The notes below the pieces were generated by a model, which did no database searches, was not told where the DNA came from, and saw only the letters and a program-made list of their open reading frames with translations. The position numbers and the translations under genes were made by a program. Shown here piece by piece: positions 1-12,663 of a DNA stretch of 64,000 nt. Numbering within the stretch: the first letter of the stretch is position 1; every line of letters starts with the position of its first letter. Location of the stretch: positions 5,270,001-5,334,000 of the forward strand of contig NW_027361802.1 in the NCBI RefSeq assembly GCF_039654945.1. The letters are read 5' to 3'. This DNA is from Dendrobates tinctorius. Taxonomy: Eukaryota.

Positions 1-450
1 AATTAATGTTTTTTTCCAGGTCAGACCATGCATTTAGGAACAATCCAAAAAGTCTTCTTAAAATGATTCATAATGTCTCAGGCTCCCTGGATACCCTCAG
101 ACAAAGAAATCCCCGGGAAAGGTCACGACAGCACCAAGGAGTATAATAGACAGCGCCCCAGAAGAGTTGCTGAGTTAACTTGCCAGTACATCCACACACA
201 GCTTTAATGGATGGGCATTTGTATAAGAGCTGCAAAGATGTTTCTTGAGAAAATGGACACCTCGGAAAGGAGTCTGTGTTGCAGACTTCGTGAAGGTTTT
301 CAAGAGCGAGCCCTCCAGGATGGTTGTCCATGCCAGGTCTTTGTGCCTACAGTTGGATCTCACTAGTTTGGCTGGATAGCTACTTATAAGTGGCACTAGA
401 AAAAAGTTATCTTGTTTTTGGAGAAAAGCTAAGATGCATATGTTAATAAG

Positions 451-820
451 AATGTGTCGTATGGATTTATGTCTTTTTACATCAATTAAGGAATTTGCTC
501 CTCAAACCTTGTGGGGGCATCACAACACAGAACCAGACCCCAATCACAGGATAATAAAGCTTTCATACTCCATATCTATGAACTGTTCCAATATTTATGA
601 CCATAACTGTCCATCACTCTCAAATAAAGAGAGTTCTGCTTCACGTCACTTGTCTTATCTTTTGCATTTCGTATTTCTGTGCTGTGCATAAATATGTGAT
701 TCTTCAGATTTTGTATTAGTCAATGCCTGATGATGAGACCTGAGTAGTCTTGAAAGCTTGCAATTTGTTACCATCTTTTCAGTTAGCCATTAAAAAGACT
801 CTCAATTATGAATATTTTTC
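451..820 (+). mobile_element. 5'-truncated Penelope-like element remnant (ORF C-terminus plus 3' end with hammerhead)
   Basis: Direct repeat TATGTTAATAAG at 439-450 and 821-832 (TSD). Opens with NVSYGFMSFYIN* (stop 487-489), resembling Penelope ORF C-termini. Hammerhead core at 727-759. Confidence 0.75.
722..764 (+). ncRNA. Minimal type I hammerhead ribozyme motif
   Basis: AATGC-CTGATGA-T-GAGAC-ctgagta-GTCTT-GAAA-GCTT-GCAAT: core CUGAUGA/GAAA, 5-bp stem II, palindromic AAGCTT stem III, short stem I with one mismatch. Confidence 0.7.
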
Positions 821-1166
821 TATGTTAATAAGCAAAAACTATAAGTATGAAGTGTTAGTGTTGATATCTTCTCTATTCCTCTCCATGGATTAAGTAATCC
901 ACAGATTAATCCAGTTTTATTCAGAACATCTGTTATTTTCATGAAACAGTTGCGCAGTTTTAAGTGAAAATTTCATTTGCCAACATATTACCATATCAAT
1001 TTTGCACAATATGCTGCAGAACTTTGTTGCTTCTATGGCTAGCTTTGAGTTTATGAAAAAGATTAATTGTCAACTGTTTTCTACATACATTCCCAAAAAT
1101 AAAAGTCTGATAATACTTTGAAGAAAACAGATAAAACAGTTTATCAGTTAGATATATAATACTTAA

Positions 1167-3129
1167 CCCCTATCTGCCATCTGACGTACTATACCGTCCA
1201 TGTGACCTAGGTCTGTCTGACCATGGATGGTATACTATGTCATCACGATCGGCCGCGCACACGAGGGTGCGCGGTCGATCGCCGCCGGGTGTCAGCTGAT
1301 TCTCACAGCACTTTAAGCCCCAAAATACTGTGATCTAAGGCTGTGTTCACACGTCGTGTTTTTTTTGCGTTTTCGCGGCAGTTTTAAACGCGCTATTTTG
1401 CGAAAAATAAGCATCCCATGCAATCCTATGGGATTCCGCAATGCTGTGCTAACGCTGCGTTTTTTTCTGCAGTGGAATCGCTTCGTGGTAAAAAACGCAG
1501 CATGCTCATTAATTTAGCGGAATCGCAGCGATTCCGCCCACATAGGAATGCATTGTTCTGTTTACTTTCCGCATGTGGCTGTGCCCACCATGCGAAAAGT
1601 AAGCAGAACATTTGCGGATGGTACCCACGGTCCGGAGGAGAGGAAACTGTCCTCCAGGCTCTGGGTACCATATCCCTGTAAAAAATAGAATTAAAATAAA
1701 AAATATTGTTATTTTCACCTTCCAGTGTCCCGCGCAGCCTTCCCGTCTCTCTCCACGCTCCCGGCATCTTCCAGTCCCAGTAATCCTTTGCGAGAATGAC
1801 CACGAAAACATTGTGGTCTCGCGGGAGTGCAACTTCTCGCGGTCATTCGTGATGACGTTGCAGGAGCGCGACTTCTCGTGGTAATTCGTGCAAAGGATTA
1901 CTGGGACCGGAAGATGCCGGGAGCGTGGAGAGAGGCGGGAAGGCTGCGCGGGACGCCAGAAAGTAAGAATAAGAATATTTTTTATTTTTATATTATTTTT
2001 TACATCCTATCTTTTACTATTGATGCTGCATAGTCAGCATCAGTAGTAAAAAGTTAGTCACAATTGTCAAATACTGTGTTTGAGGAGTGTGACCAACCTG
2101 TCAATCAGTTCTCCAAGCGATGCTCCAGATCACTTGGAAAACGCTAGCATTCTGCAAGTTAATTATGCTTGCAAATCTCTAGTTTTTCCACGGGAAAATC
2201 GCGGGAATTTAAAATGCGATTTTCCCACGGAATGAAATTCCGGAATTCTCGCGGTAACTTCCGCGAGAGTTTTGCTATGTGTGAAGGTAGCCTAACAAGA
2301 TCGCAGCATTCGGGAGCTGGCACAGGGGCTGACAGCCCCCCTCTGCCTTTGTATCGGAGACCCCATGGTGTGACGTGGGGTGCTGATGTTGCCATGGTGA
2401 GTCGGATGTCATCATGACTACATCCGAGTCACCAGAGCTAAGTAAACTTGCTGACCATGTGCAGTGCATGATCAGCAAGTCTCTCTCTGTCAGTGCAGCG
2501 CTGACAGTTTCAATGGCATGCAGATGCTGCTTCATCTGCATGCCATAGAAGTGGTCAGTCTGCAAAATATGATTGTTCCATAGTGGGACTAAGTATAAAA
2601 GTTAGGGAAAAGTAACAAAAATGTTTAAGTAATTGTAAAAATATTAAATAATAAAAATCAATAGATATTCTATCTCTAAATAAATATTTGAATGAAAAAA
2701 AAAAAACAAAACAATAAAAGTACACATATTTGGTATCGCCGCGTCTGCAACGACCTATTAAACTGTCCCATTAGTTAACACCTTTAGTGAACACCATAAA
2801 AAAGGGCAGAAAACAATGCTTTACCATCATACCGCCGAACAAAAAGTGGTATAACACTCGATCAAAAAGACGGATATAAATAAAAGTGGTACCACTGAAA
2901 ATGTCATCTTGTCCCTCAAAAAACAAGCCACCATACAGCTCCATCAGCGGAAAAATAAAAAAAAGTTATAGCTCTCAGAATAAAGTGATGCAAAAGCAAT
3001 TATTTTTTCTATAATATAGTTTCTATTGTATAAAAGCGCCAAAGCATAAAAAAATGCAAAAAAAACCCTGTTTGGAAGAGAACAGACAAATCGTGGCGCC
3101 CTAAGTGCGTAAACACAATATTATAGTCT
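1167..3129. mobile_element. Left part of non-autonomous TTAA-targeting (piggyBac-like) element, interrupted by nested insertions
   Basis: TTAA|CCCC terminus at 1163-1170. Similar terminal sequence recurs at about 49436 and 61852. Confidence 0.6.
1339..2292 (+). mobile_element. PIF/Harbinger-like MITE with large internal palindrome
   Basis: TAA TSD (1336-1338, 2293-2295), GGCT...AGCC termini, inverted repeat about 1700-1985. A related copy lies inverted at 36692-37443. Confidence 0.75.
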
Positions 3130-3133
3130 TTAA

Positions 3134-6100
3134 CCCCTTTACCCCCAAGGGTGGTTTTCACGTTCATGACCGGGCCAATTTTTACAATTCTGACCACTGT
3201 CCCTTTATGAGGTAATAACTCTGTAACGCTTCCATGGATCCGGTGATTCTGACATTGTTTTCTTGTGACATATTGTAATTCATGTTAGTGATAAAATTTC
3301 ATTGATATAACTTGCGTTTATTTGTGAAAAAACGGAAATTTGGCGAAAATTGTGAAAATTTCGCAATTTTCCAACTTTGCATTTTTATGCCCTTAAATCA
3401 CACTGATATGGCGCACAATAAACTTAATAAATAACATTTCACATATGTTTACTTTACATCAGCACAATTTTGGAGCTCAAAATTTTTTCATTATCAAGTT
3501 ATAAGGGTTAAAATTTGACCAGCGATTTCTCATTTTTGCAACACCATTTTATTTTTACGGACCACATCACATTTGAAGTCACTTTGAGGAGTCTATATGA
3601 TAGAAAATACCCAAAAGTGACACCATTCTAAAAACTGCACCCCTCAAGGTGCTCAAAACCACATTCAAGAAGTTTATTAACCCTTCAGGTGCATCACAGG
3701 AATTTTTTGAATGTTTAAAAAAAAAAAATGAACATTTAACTTTTTTTCACAAAAAATTTACTTCAGGTCTAATTTTTTTTATTTTACCAAGGGTAAAAGG
3801 AGAAATTGGACTGCAAAAGTTATTGTGCAATTTGTCCTGAGTACGCTGATACCTGATATGTGGGGGGGAACCACTGTTTTGGTGCATGGCAGGGCTCAGT
3901 AGGGAAGAAGCGCCATTTGACTTTTTCAATGCAAAATTGGCTGGAATTCAGATCGAACGCCATGTCACGTTCGGAGAGCCCCTGATGTGCCTAAACAGCG
4001 GAAACCCCCCATGTGTGACCCCATTTTGGAAATGAGACCACCCAAGGAACTTATCTAGATATGTGATGAGAACATTGAACCCACAAGAGCTTCACAGAAG
4101 TTTATAACGTACAGCCGTACAATTAAAAAATCATATTTTTTTCCACAAAAATGATCTTTTCACCCCCATTTTTTATTTTCCCAAGGGTAACAGGACCCTA
4201 AAAGTTATTGTGCAATTTGTCCTGAGTATGCTGATACCCCATATGTGGGGGTAAACCACTATTTGAGCTCATGGCAGAGCTCGGAAGGGAAGCAGCGCCA
4301 TTTGACTTTTATGGCTGGAATTGTGATCGGACGCCATGTCGCGTTTGGAAAGCCCTTGATGTGCCAAAACAGTAGAAACCCCCCACAAATGACACCATTT
4401 TGGAAACTAGACCCCCCAAGGAACTTATCTGGATGTGTGGTGAGAACTTTGAACCTCCCAGGGCTTCACAGAAGTTTATAACGTACAGTCATAAAATTAA
4501 AAAATCACATTTTTTCCACAAAAATGATCTTTTCACCCCCAATTTTTATTTTCCCAAGGGTAACAGGACCCCAAAAGTTATTGTGCAATTTTACCTCAGT
4601 ACGCTGATACCCCACATGTGGGGGTATACCACTATTTGGGCACATGGCAGAGCTCGGAAGGGAAGCAGTGCCATTTGACTTCTTTGGCTGGAATTGAGAT
4701 CGGACGCCATGTTGCGTTTGGAGAGCACCTGATGTGCCCAAACAGTGGAAACCCCAATTCTAACTCCAACGCTAGCCCCAGCACACCCCTAACCCTAATC
4801 TCAGCGCTAACCCTAGCTCTAACCCTAACCGGAAAATGGAAATAAATACATTTTTTTTATTTTATTATTTTTCCCTAACTAAGAGGGTGATAAAGGGGGG
4901 TTTCATTTACTATTTATGGCAGGTTTTTATGTTTGGCAGCTGTCATATGCTAAAAGATGCTTTTTATTGTAAAAATAATTTTTGCATCACCACATTTTGA
5001 GAGCTATAATTTTTCCATATGTTGCTCATTCTGTCTCCCAAAAATCGCAATAGAAAGTGATCAAAAAATATCATGTGCCCAAAAATGGTACCAATAAAAG
5101 CGTCAACTTGTCCCACAAAAAATAAGACCTCACATGACTCTGTGGACCAAAATCTGGAAAAATTATAGCTCTGAAATTGTAGAGATGCAAAAACTATATT
5201 ACCTATGTGTGGGCTTACTAATTCTCCTACTGAGAATCCTGTTTACATGGACCTAGGGATATAGGCATCATTCTCGGTGAGGCTGATAGTTGGTAGCAGG
5301 TGGGTTGCTCTATTATGAGCATTGTATTATTTGCGTATGTGTCACATTTGTGACCATTTTTAATGTTTTTAATAATTTTTCTGTTTGCTGTGTTTAATAA
5401 AATTTGTATTACATATACTATGTCCTATTCAGGGTGATCCCCTGCTCATGGCCTATTTCTTTCTCTCCTTTTTGTCAAAAAACTATTTTTTGCAATAAAA
5501 AACGTCTTTTAGCATGTTGACAGCTGCCAAACATAAAAACATTAGTTTTCAACCTGGATGGTGCCAAGATACAACTGTCCATGCTAAGAACCACTGGTGA
5601 ATGAGCTGATGGGAATGCAGAGTCAGTAACTGGGCGTGACGTCATAGAGGTTACCTCCGGTCACTGGGCTCCGTTCACAGCCGGTCTGAGCTACGGTGAG
5701 ATCCCCGCTAGCACTGTGAGTGCTCACAGCTCACGGTGCTAGCGGGGATCTCACTTAAGTCACGGCAGTTACATTCGATCACTGGGCTCTGTTCCCAGCC
5801 AGACTGAGTTGCGGTGAGATCCTGGGTCACTTATAATATTCACATACCAGGAAACAGTTGATTAGTTCCAAAAAGGGGGCACTTGTTGGGCATTGCCACT
5901 GTTATAGCACCACTAGATAAGTTCCTTAGGGGGGTCCAATTTCCAAAATGGGGTCACTTGTGGGGGGTTTTCATTGTTTAGGCACATCAGGGGCTCTCCA
6001 AATGTGACATGATGCCCGCAGACCATTCCATCAAAGTCTACATTCCAAAATGTCACTACTTCCCTTCAAAGCTCTGCCTTGCAACCAAACAGTAGTATTC

Positions 6101-7186
6101 TCCCACATATCATGCATCAGTGTACTCAGGACAAATTGGACAATATCTTTTGGGGCCAATTTCTCTTGTTGCCCTTGTAAAAAATAAAAAAAATTGAGGG
6201 CCAAAAAATAATTTTTGTGGAAAAAAAATGTTTTTCTTCACGGTTGGGCATTATAAACTTTAGTGAAACACTTAGGGGTTCAAAGTTCTCATCTCACATC
6301 TAGATAAGTTCCTTAGGCAGTCTAGTTTCCCAAATGGGGTCACTTGTAGGGGTTTTCACTGTTTAGGTACATCAGGGGCTCTCCAAACGCGACTTGGCAT
6401 CTGATCTCAATTCCAGCCAATTTTGCATTGAAAAGTCAAACGGCGCTCCTTCCCTTCCGAGCTCTGCCATGCACCCAAACAGTGGTTCTCTCCCACATAT
6501 GGGGTATCGGCATACTCAGGACAAATTGCACAATAACTTTTGGGGTCCAGTTTCTCCTGTTACTCTTGGGAAAATAAAAAAAAATTTGGATCTGAAGTAA
6601 ATTTTTTGTGAAAAAAAAATTCCTGTGAAGCACCAGAAGGGTTAATACATTTCTTGAATGTGGTGTTGAGCACCTTGAGGGGTGCAGTTTTAGAATGGTG
6701 TCACTTTTGGGTATTTTCGATCATATAGATTCCTGAAAGTGACTTCAAATGTGATGTGGTCCCTAAAAAAAAGGTGTTGTAAAAATGAGTAATCGCTGTT
6801 TAAATTTTAACCCTTATAAATTCCTAACAAAAAAATTTGGACTCTGAAATTGTGTTGCTGTAAAGTACACATGTGGGAAATGTTACTTATTAAGTATTTT
6901 GTGTGAAATATCTGTGTGATTTAAAAGCATGAAATTTCAAAGTTGGAAAATTACAAAATTTGGAAAATTTTCACCAAATTTCCGTTCCTTTTTACAAATA
7001 AATACAAATCATATCAAAGAAATTTTAACACTATCATGAAGTACAATATGTCACGAGAAAACAATGTCAGAATCACCGAGATCCATGGAAGCGTTCCAGA
7101 GTTATTACTTCATAAAGGGACAGTGGTGAGAATTGCAAAAATTGGCCTGGTCATTAATATTCAAACTACCCTTGGGGGTAAAGGGG
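3134..7186. mobile_element. Non-autonomous foldback piggyBac-like transposon with very long TIRs and internal ~360-bp repeats
   Basis: TTAA|CCCCTTTACCCCCAAGGGT ... ACCCTTGGGGGTAAAGGGG|TTAA. The arms are inverted copies over more than 500 bp. Tandem units at about 3790-4750 are mirrored at about 5910-6600. No transposase ORF. Confidence 0.85.
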
Positions 7187-7190
7187 TTAA

Positions 7191-7613
7191 AGGGAATCTG
7201 TCACCTGAATAAAATGTATTAACCTGCAGATATGGGGTTAATCTGCTGGTTAATAGAGTTGTGAACCTGCCTGGCGCTGGCACTTAGACCCACGTGGTCC
7301 CGTCTTGGCAACATTCCTGTTTCAGTCATGCTGACAGTGCAGGCGCGGGTTTAGTCACCGCTCTGTGTATAGAAAGCAGCGGCTGTAACCATGCTCCTAG
7401 CACTGTCTGACAGCCGGCCCTAATGCTGAGTGGTGACTAAGACTGTGCCAACGCTGCCTCGTGACTGAAACCAGAACGCTGCTGGGGGCAATAAAGTTAA
7501 TTTCCTGCCTGCAGCATTGATCTGAGTGCTGGTATGCTGCACAATCCAATTCACCTGCAGATTAACCCCATATCTACAGGTTAATAACATTTTTTTCAAG
7601 TGACACATTCTCT
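7191..7613. mobile_element. Kolobok/T2-type MITE (TTAA TSD)
   Basis: TTAA|AGGGAATCTGTCAC...GTGACACATTCTCT|TTAA with ~60-bp TIRs. Shares its left TTAA with the preceding element. Confidence 0.8.
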
Positions 7614-7892
7614 TTAAAAACATTTATAAATTTACATTTGCAAACAGTGATTCTAAACTCATAAATCACATATTCCTTCACAAGGTCAATCCACCCGATA
7701 TTAAACTGCTGCCAACAGCGATCACTACTGCTAAATGTATAGTAACAAAAAAAACATAATTAGCTCTGTAAATTTGTTACAGTAAAATAGAGAGCGAGAT
7801 TAAAGATATGCAACATTAAATCCTGCATACAGTAAATGAGCTGGTAGGTCCACCTACAGTGTCTGCCACCTACATTGTTATATATTTATATA

Positions 7893-9478
7893 CAGTGGGG
7901 AAAATAAGTATTTGATACACTGCTGATTTTGAAAGTTTTCCCACCTACAAAGAATGGAGAGGTCTGTAATTTTTATTGCAGGTACACTTCACCTGTGAGA
8001 GACAGAATCTAAAAATAAAAAAAGAAAATCACATTGTATGGTTTTTAAATAATTAAATTGCATTTTAATGCATGTAATAAGTAATTGATCACCAACCAAC
8101 CAGCAAGAATTCTGGCTCTCACAAACCTGTTAGTTTCCTTTAAGAAGCCCCTCTACTCTGCGCTCATTACCTGTATTAATTGCACCTGTTTGAACTCGTT
8201 ACCTGTATAAAAGACACCTGCCCATACACTCAATCAATCACACTCCAACTTCTCCACTATGGCCAAGATCAAAGAGCTGTCTATGGACACCAGGGACAAA
8301 ATTGTAGACCTGCACAAGGCTGAGATGGGCTACAGGACAATAGGCAAGCAGCTTGGTGAGAAGGCAACAACTCTTGGCATTTTTAGAAAATGGAAAAAAC
8401 ACAAGATAACTGTCAGTCTTCCTCTGTCTGGGGCTCCATGCAAGATTTGGCCTCGTGAGGTAAGGTTGATTCTGAAAAAGGTCAGGAATCAGTCCATAAG
8501 TACATGGAAGGACCTGGTCAATGACCTTTAGAGAGCTGGGATCACAGTCTCAAGCATTACCTTTAGTAACACACTACGCCGTAATTAATTGAAAACCTGC
8601 AGGGCACGCAAGGTTCCCCTGCTCATGCTAGCACATGTCCAGGCCCATTTGAAGTTCGCTGTGACCATCTGGATGATCCACAAGAGGCACGGGAGAAGGT
8701 CATATGGGCAGATTAGATTAAAAAAGAACTTTTTGGTATCAACTCCACTCGCCGTATTTGGAGGAAAAAGAAGGATTAGTACAACCCCAAGAACAGCCTT
8801 CTGAACCATGAAACATGGTGGGGGAAACGTCATACTTTGGGGGTGCTTTTCTGCAAAGGGGACAGGACGACACCACTGTATTAAAGGGAGGATGGATGGG
8901 GTCATGTATTGTGAAACCTTCCCTTAGTAAGAGCATTGAAGATAGATCATGGCTGGGTCTTCCAGCATGACAATGACCCAAAACACACAGCCAGGGCAAC
9001 TAAGGAGTGGCTCCGTACGACACATTTCAAAGTTCTGGAGTGGCCAAGCAAGTCTCCAGACCTGCACCCAATAGAAAATCTTTGGAGGGAGCTGAAACTC
9101 AATGTTGCCCAGTGACAGCCTTGAAACCTGGAAGATCTGGAGAAAATCTGTATGGAGAAGTGGGCCAAAATCCCTGCTGCAGTGTGTGCAAACTTGGTCA
9201 AGAACTACAGGAAATGTCTGACCTCTGTAATTGCAAGCAAAGGTTTCTGTACCAAATATTAAGTTCTGTTTTTCTGTTGTATCAAATACTTATTTGATGC
9301 AATAAAATGCAAATTAATTATGTAAAAATTATACCATGTGATTTTCTGGATTTTTTTAGATTCTGTCTCACACAGTTGAAGTGTACTGTATCTACGATAT
9401 AAATTACAGACCTCTCCATTTTTTTGTAGGTGGGAAAACTTGCAAAATCGGCAGTGAGCAAATACTTACTTTTCTCAT

Positions 9479-9480
<2 letters not shown>
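7893..9480 (+). mobile_element. Full-length Tc1 transposon (long TIRs), defective
   Basis: TA|CAGTGGGGAAAATAAGTATTTG left end, ~200-bp TIRs, internal transposase. Confidence 0.93.
8259..9262 (+). pseudogene. Tc1 DD34E transposase pseudogene
   Basis: [21 protein letters not shown]-terminus; FQHDNDPKH and [15 protein letters not shown] motifs; ends KGFCTKY*. Multiple stops and frameshifts. Confidence 0.92.

Positions 9481-9513
<33 letters not shown>
9480..9513. repeat. (TG)n(TA)n microsatellite
   Basis: Read directly from the sequence. Confidence 0.9.
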
Positions 9514-9526
9514 GTACTGTATATAT

Positions 9527-10126
9527 TGTAATGCAGCAGTGACCACGCTGTGCAGTGATGAGGCAGTGACCCAAGCAAGTTCAAAACAAAACGTGTTTAA
9601 TGTCCAAAAACTCACAGTGCACAGCACGCTGTATCCTCCGGATCGCAGCTGGGAAAACAAATGACAGTCCAGAACCGGTTGCCCTGAGCGACCACATTTC
9701 TGTGTACGCAGGTGGTGCCAGACCTTTTGGCTCCATTTCGCCCTGTGTTGCCTCACACAGAAAGTGCTCTGCAGATGAACTGCTCTGTCTCCTTGCAAGA
9801 CCAAAATTGACACACCCAAACCCTTCCTGCAGGGTTTTTTTTCCTTCACTACACTCTGTGGCCATGGGCCACTTATAAGATCTGGGCTGGAGGAAACGGA
9901 CCGGACCCCACTACCTTCCTGCGGTCCATTTAAAAAACGAAAGCCCATATCAGGTTTTCCTGAACAAGCTCCTTGGTCAAAAATAACCTGACCAGGTTCA
10001 AACTTACTTTTATTCTGCCTTGTGACTCACAGGCACACTGCTGTGACCACAAGGCACACCAGCTTCTAAGCGCATCCCGGGGGACACAAAGCGACCCTCA
10101 CATATGACTCCAGACACTGCCTCACA
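9527..10126. mobile_element. Solo-LTR-like element
   Basis: TGT...ACA termini with short terminal inverted repeats and near-TSD ATAT/ATAA. A homologous inverted copy lies at 52516-53117. Confidence 0.7.
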
Positions 10127-10131
10127 ATAAA

Positions 10132-10966
10132 CACTGCTCAAAAAAATAAAGGGAACACTCAAATAACACACCCTAGATCTCTCTGTCACGTCTGTCATAT
10201 GTGCTCAGGGTGAACCTGCTTTCATCTGTGAAGAGGACAGGGTGCCAGTGGTGAATTTGCCAACCCTGGTGTTCTGTGGCAAATGCCAAGCGTCCTGCAC
10301 GGTGTTGGGCTTTGAGCACAATCCCCCCATCTGTGGACGTCGAGCCCTCAGACCATCCTCATGGAGTCGGTTTCTTACTGTTTGTGCAGACATGCACATT
10401 TGTGGCCTGTTGGAGGTCATTTTGCAGGGCTCTGGCAGTGTTCCTCCTTGCACAAAGGCAGAGGTAGCAGTCCTGCTGCTGGGTTGTTGCCCTCCTACAG
10501 CCCCCGCCACGTCTCCTGGTATACTGGACTTTCTCCTGGTAGCACCTCCAGCCTCTTGACACTACACTGACAGGCACAGCAAACCTTCTTGCCACAGCTC
10601 GCATTTATGTGCCATCCTGGATGAGCTGCACTACCTGAGCCACTTGTGTGGGTTGTAGAGTCCGTCTCAAGCTACCACGAGTGTGAAAGCACAACCAACA
10701 TTCAAAAGTGACCAAAACATCAGTCAGAAAGCATTGGTACAGAGATGTGGTCTGTGGTCCCCACCTGCAGCGCCATTCCTTTATTGAGGGTGTCTTGATA
10801 ATTGCAAATAATTTCCATCTGTTGTCTATTCCATTTGCACAACAGCATGTGAAATTGTTTGTCAATCAGTGTTGCTTCCTAAGCGGACAGTTTGATTTCA
10901 CAAAGTTTGATTTACTTGGAGTTATATTCTGTTGTTTAAGTGTTCCCTTTATTTTTTTGAGCAGTA
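10132..10966 (-). mobile_element. Internally deleted Tc1-like transposon
   Basis: TIRs CACTGCTCAAAAAAATAAAGGGAACACT at both ends. Minus-strand transposase N-terminus ([10 protein letters not shown]...[19 protein letters not shown]). Confidence 0.88.
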
Positions 10967-12663
10967 TATATATACACATACATATGTACTTGTGTATTCA
11001 GCACAGCAAACATCTTAATTTCTTCCTTTTCTGGGTGGGGTGAAACTAGTAATAGAGCAAGACAGCCATAGCCTCAATTCGAGCTTTAACAAGAACATTA
11101 TGAGAGTTTCATTGGGTGCGTTTTGTTCCTGTTCATTACTTTGGTTTCAGTGTCTGAATATAATCTGTTTTCATCTAGTAATAAAAAGACGAGCATACAA
11201 TTATATAGACCACACATTCCCTACACGACACACATTATTACATAACAATTCCACTTTTTTTTTCCGGCCAGTGGACTATGGATCGTAATATAGAACAATT
11301 TTCCATATTTTTTTTTTTTACGAGAACCCCATTTTAGCTGCCAGTTTGTTTCATTGCTCCTTAGTCAAATATTCACAGTCTAGTTCTAGATATAATGACA
11401 TTCTTTCAGATCTCTCAGTTAAAACCCTGTAACAGTAATAGCCCTTTGTGAATAGTCATGATGTACTACTAATGTAAGACCATTCAGTCAGGCCTTCTAT
11501 CTTCAGTCTATTCACACCGACTGATTTATGAGCGGATGCTATGTGATCATATTTTAATACTTTCTCTTCCAAATAATATGACCCCTGGAGTTCTTCTTTG
11601 AAATATCTAGAAGTGTTTCAAATGCACTCATAAAGCAATGCATTCCAGCAGGATTAAAGAGAAAAAACTGAACATGTTAACAGCGAGGAAATCATTGATA
11701 GAAAAAGTACTGAATACCATCCCGACTGCCGAGATGCAAGGATGGAGATAATGGCATGTAAAGCAAAGCACATTCTGTTGAATGCGGGCGGTTTTGTTTG
11801 CAGATTTGAGATGTAATATTTGGAGATGTGTGTCATCTGCCAGCATGAAAACCAATTGTGTTTGTCACATTGCAAAATGATTAAATGCCAGTCTGGGAAG
11901 ATAATGCTGTGCTTTTGATTTACTAGAAGCTCTATTTGCTTATGTTTTTCACGCTACCCTAAGCACGAACAGAATCATTTAAGCAGCTCTGTTTTCCATG
12001 TTCTTTTTTTCTTCCAAAACTGCTTTTCACCAATGCAAAATGCCATGGGTACAAGTATTTGCATATATATTGCTATGTATATCTGAATACACAGCAATCT
12101 AATAGGAAAAGCGAATGCATCAAAATCTTATTTTTTTTAGTAAAGACTATTGTTTGCATCCAAACAAATATAAAGTCCTTTAGCTTTTAATTCTTTATTC
12201 TTTTGTTCATATTAAATGAGGTTTTCCTCCTAATCAAGACACTTTCCCAATTATGATAACAAATAATGCATTAACGATAACTTAATTAGCATTTGGAAAT
12301 GCGTCATTCGTTAGTATCTCTATCACATCATCATTCTACATATTCATAGAGGTAAAAATAGACGATCAAAACTCAGATTCTGTAAATGAGAAATTTACAT
12401 AAATCTATCTCTCACTTTATATAGGGAAATGAGAAAAGTGCAGCAGCATATAGTGTGGGCCAAGATAAAGAATATGCAAACAGTGAAGATATTGAATATA
12501 AACTGCATCACATCCATAAGGAATATACTAATAAAATTGGGATACTTCGAGAATAAAATGGCCAATTTGCGTATGCCGATCAGCGTGACAGAGCAACTTT
12601 TCTCTGATTGGAACATTAACCATTTCTATCAGATATACAACAAGCCTACAAAATTGAGATCTG

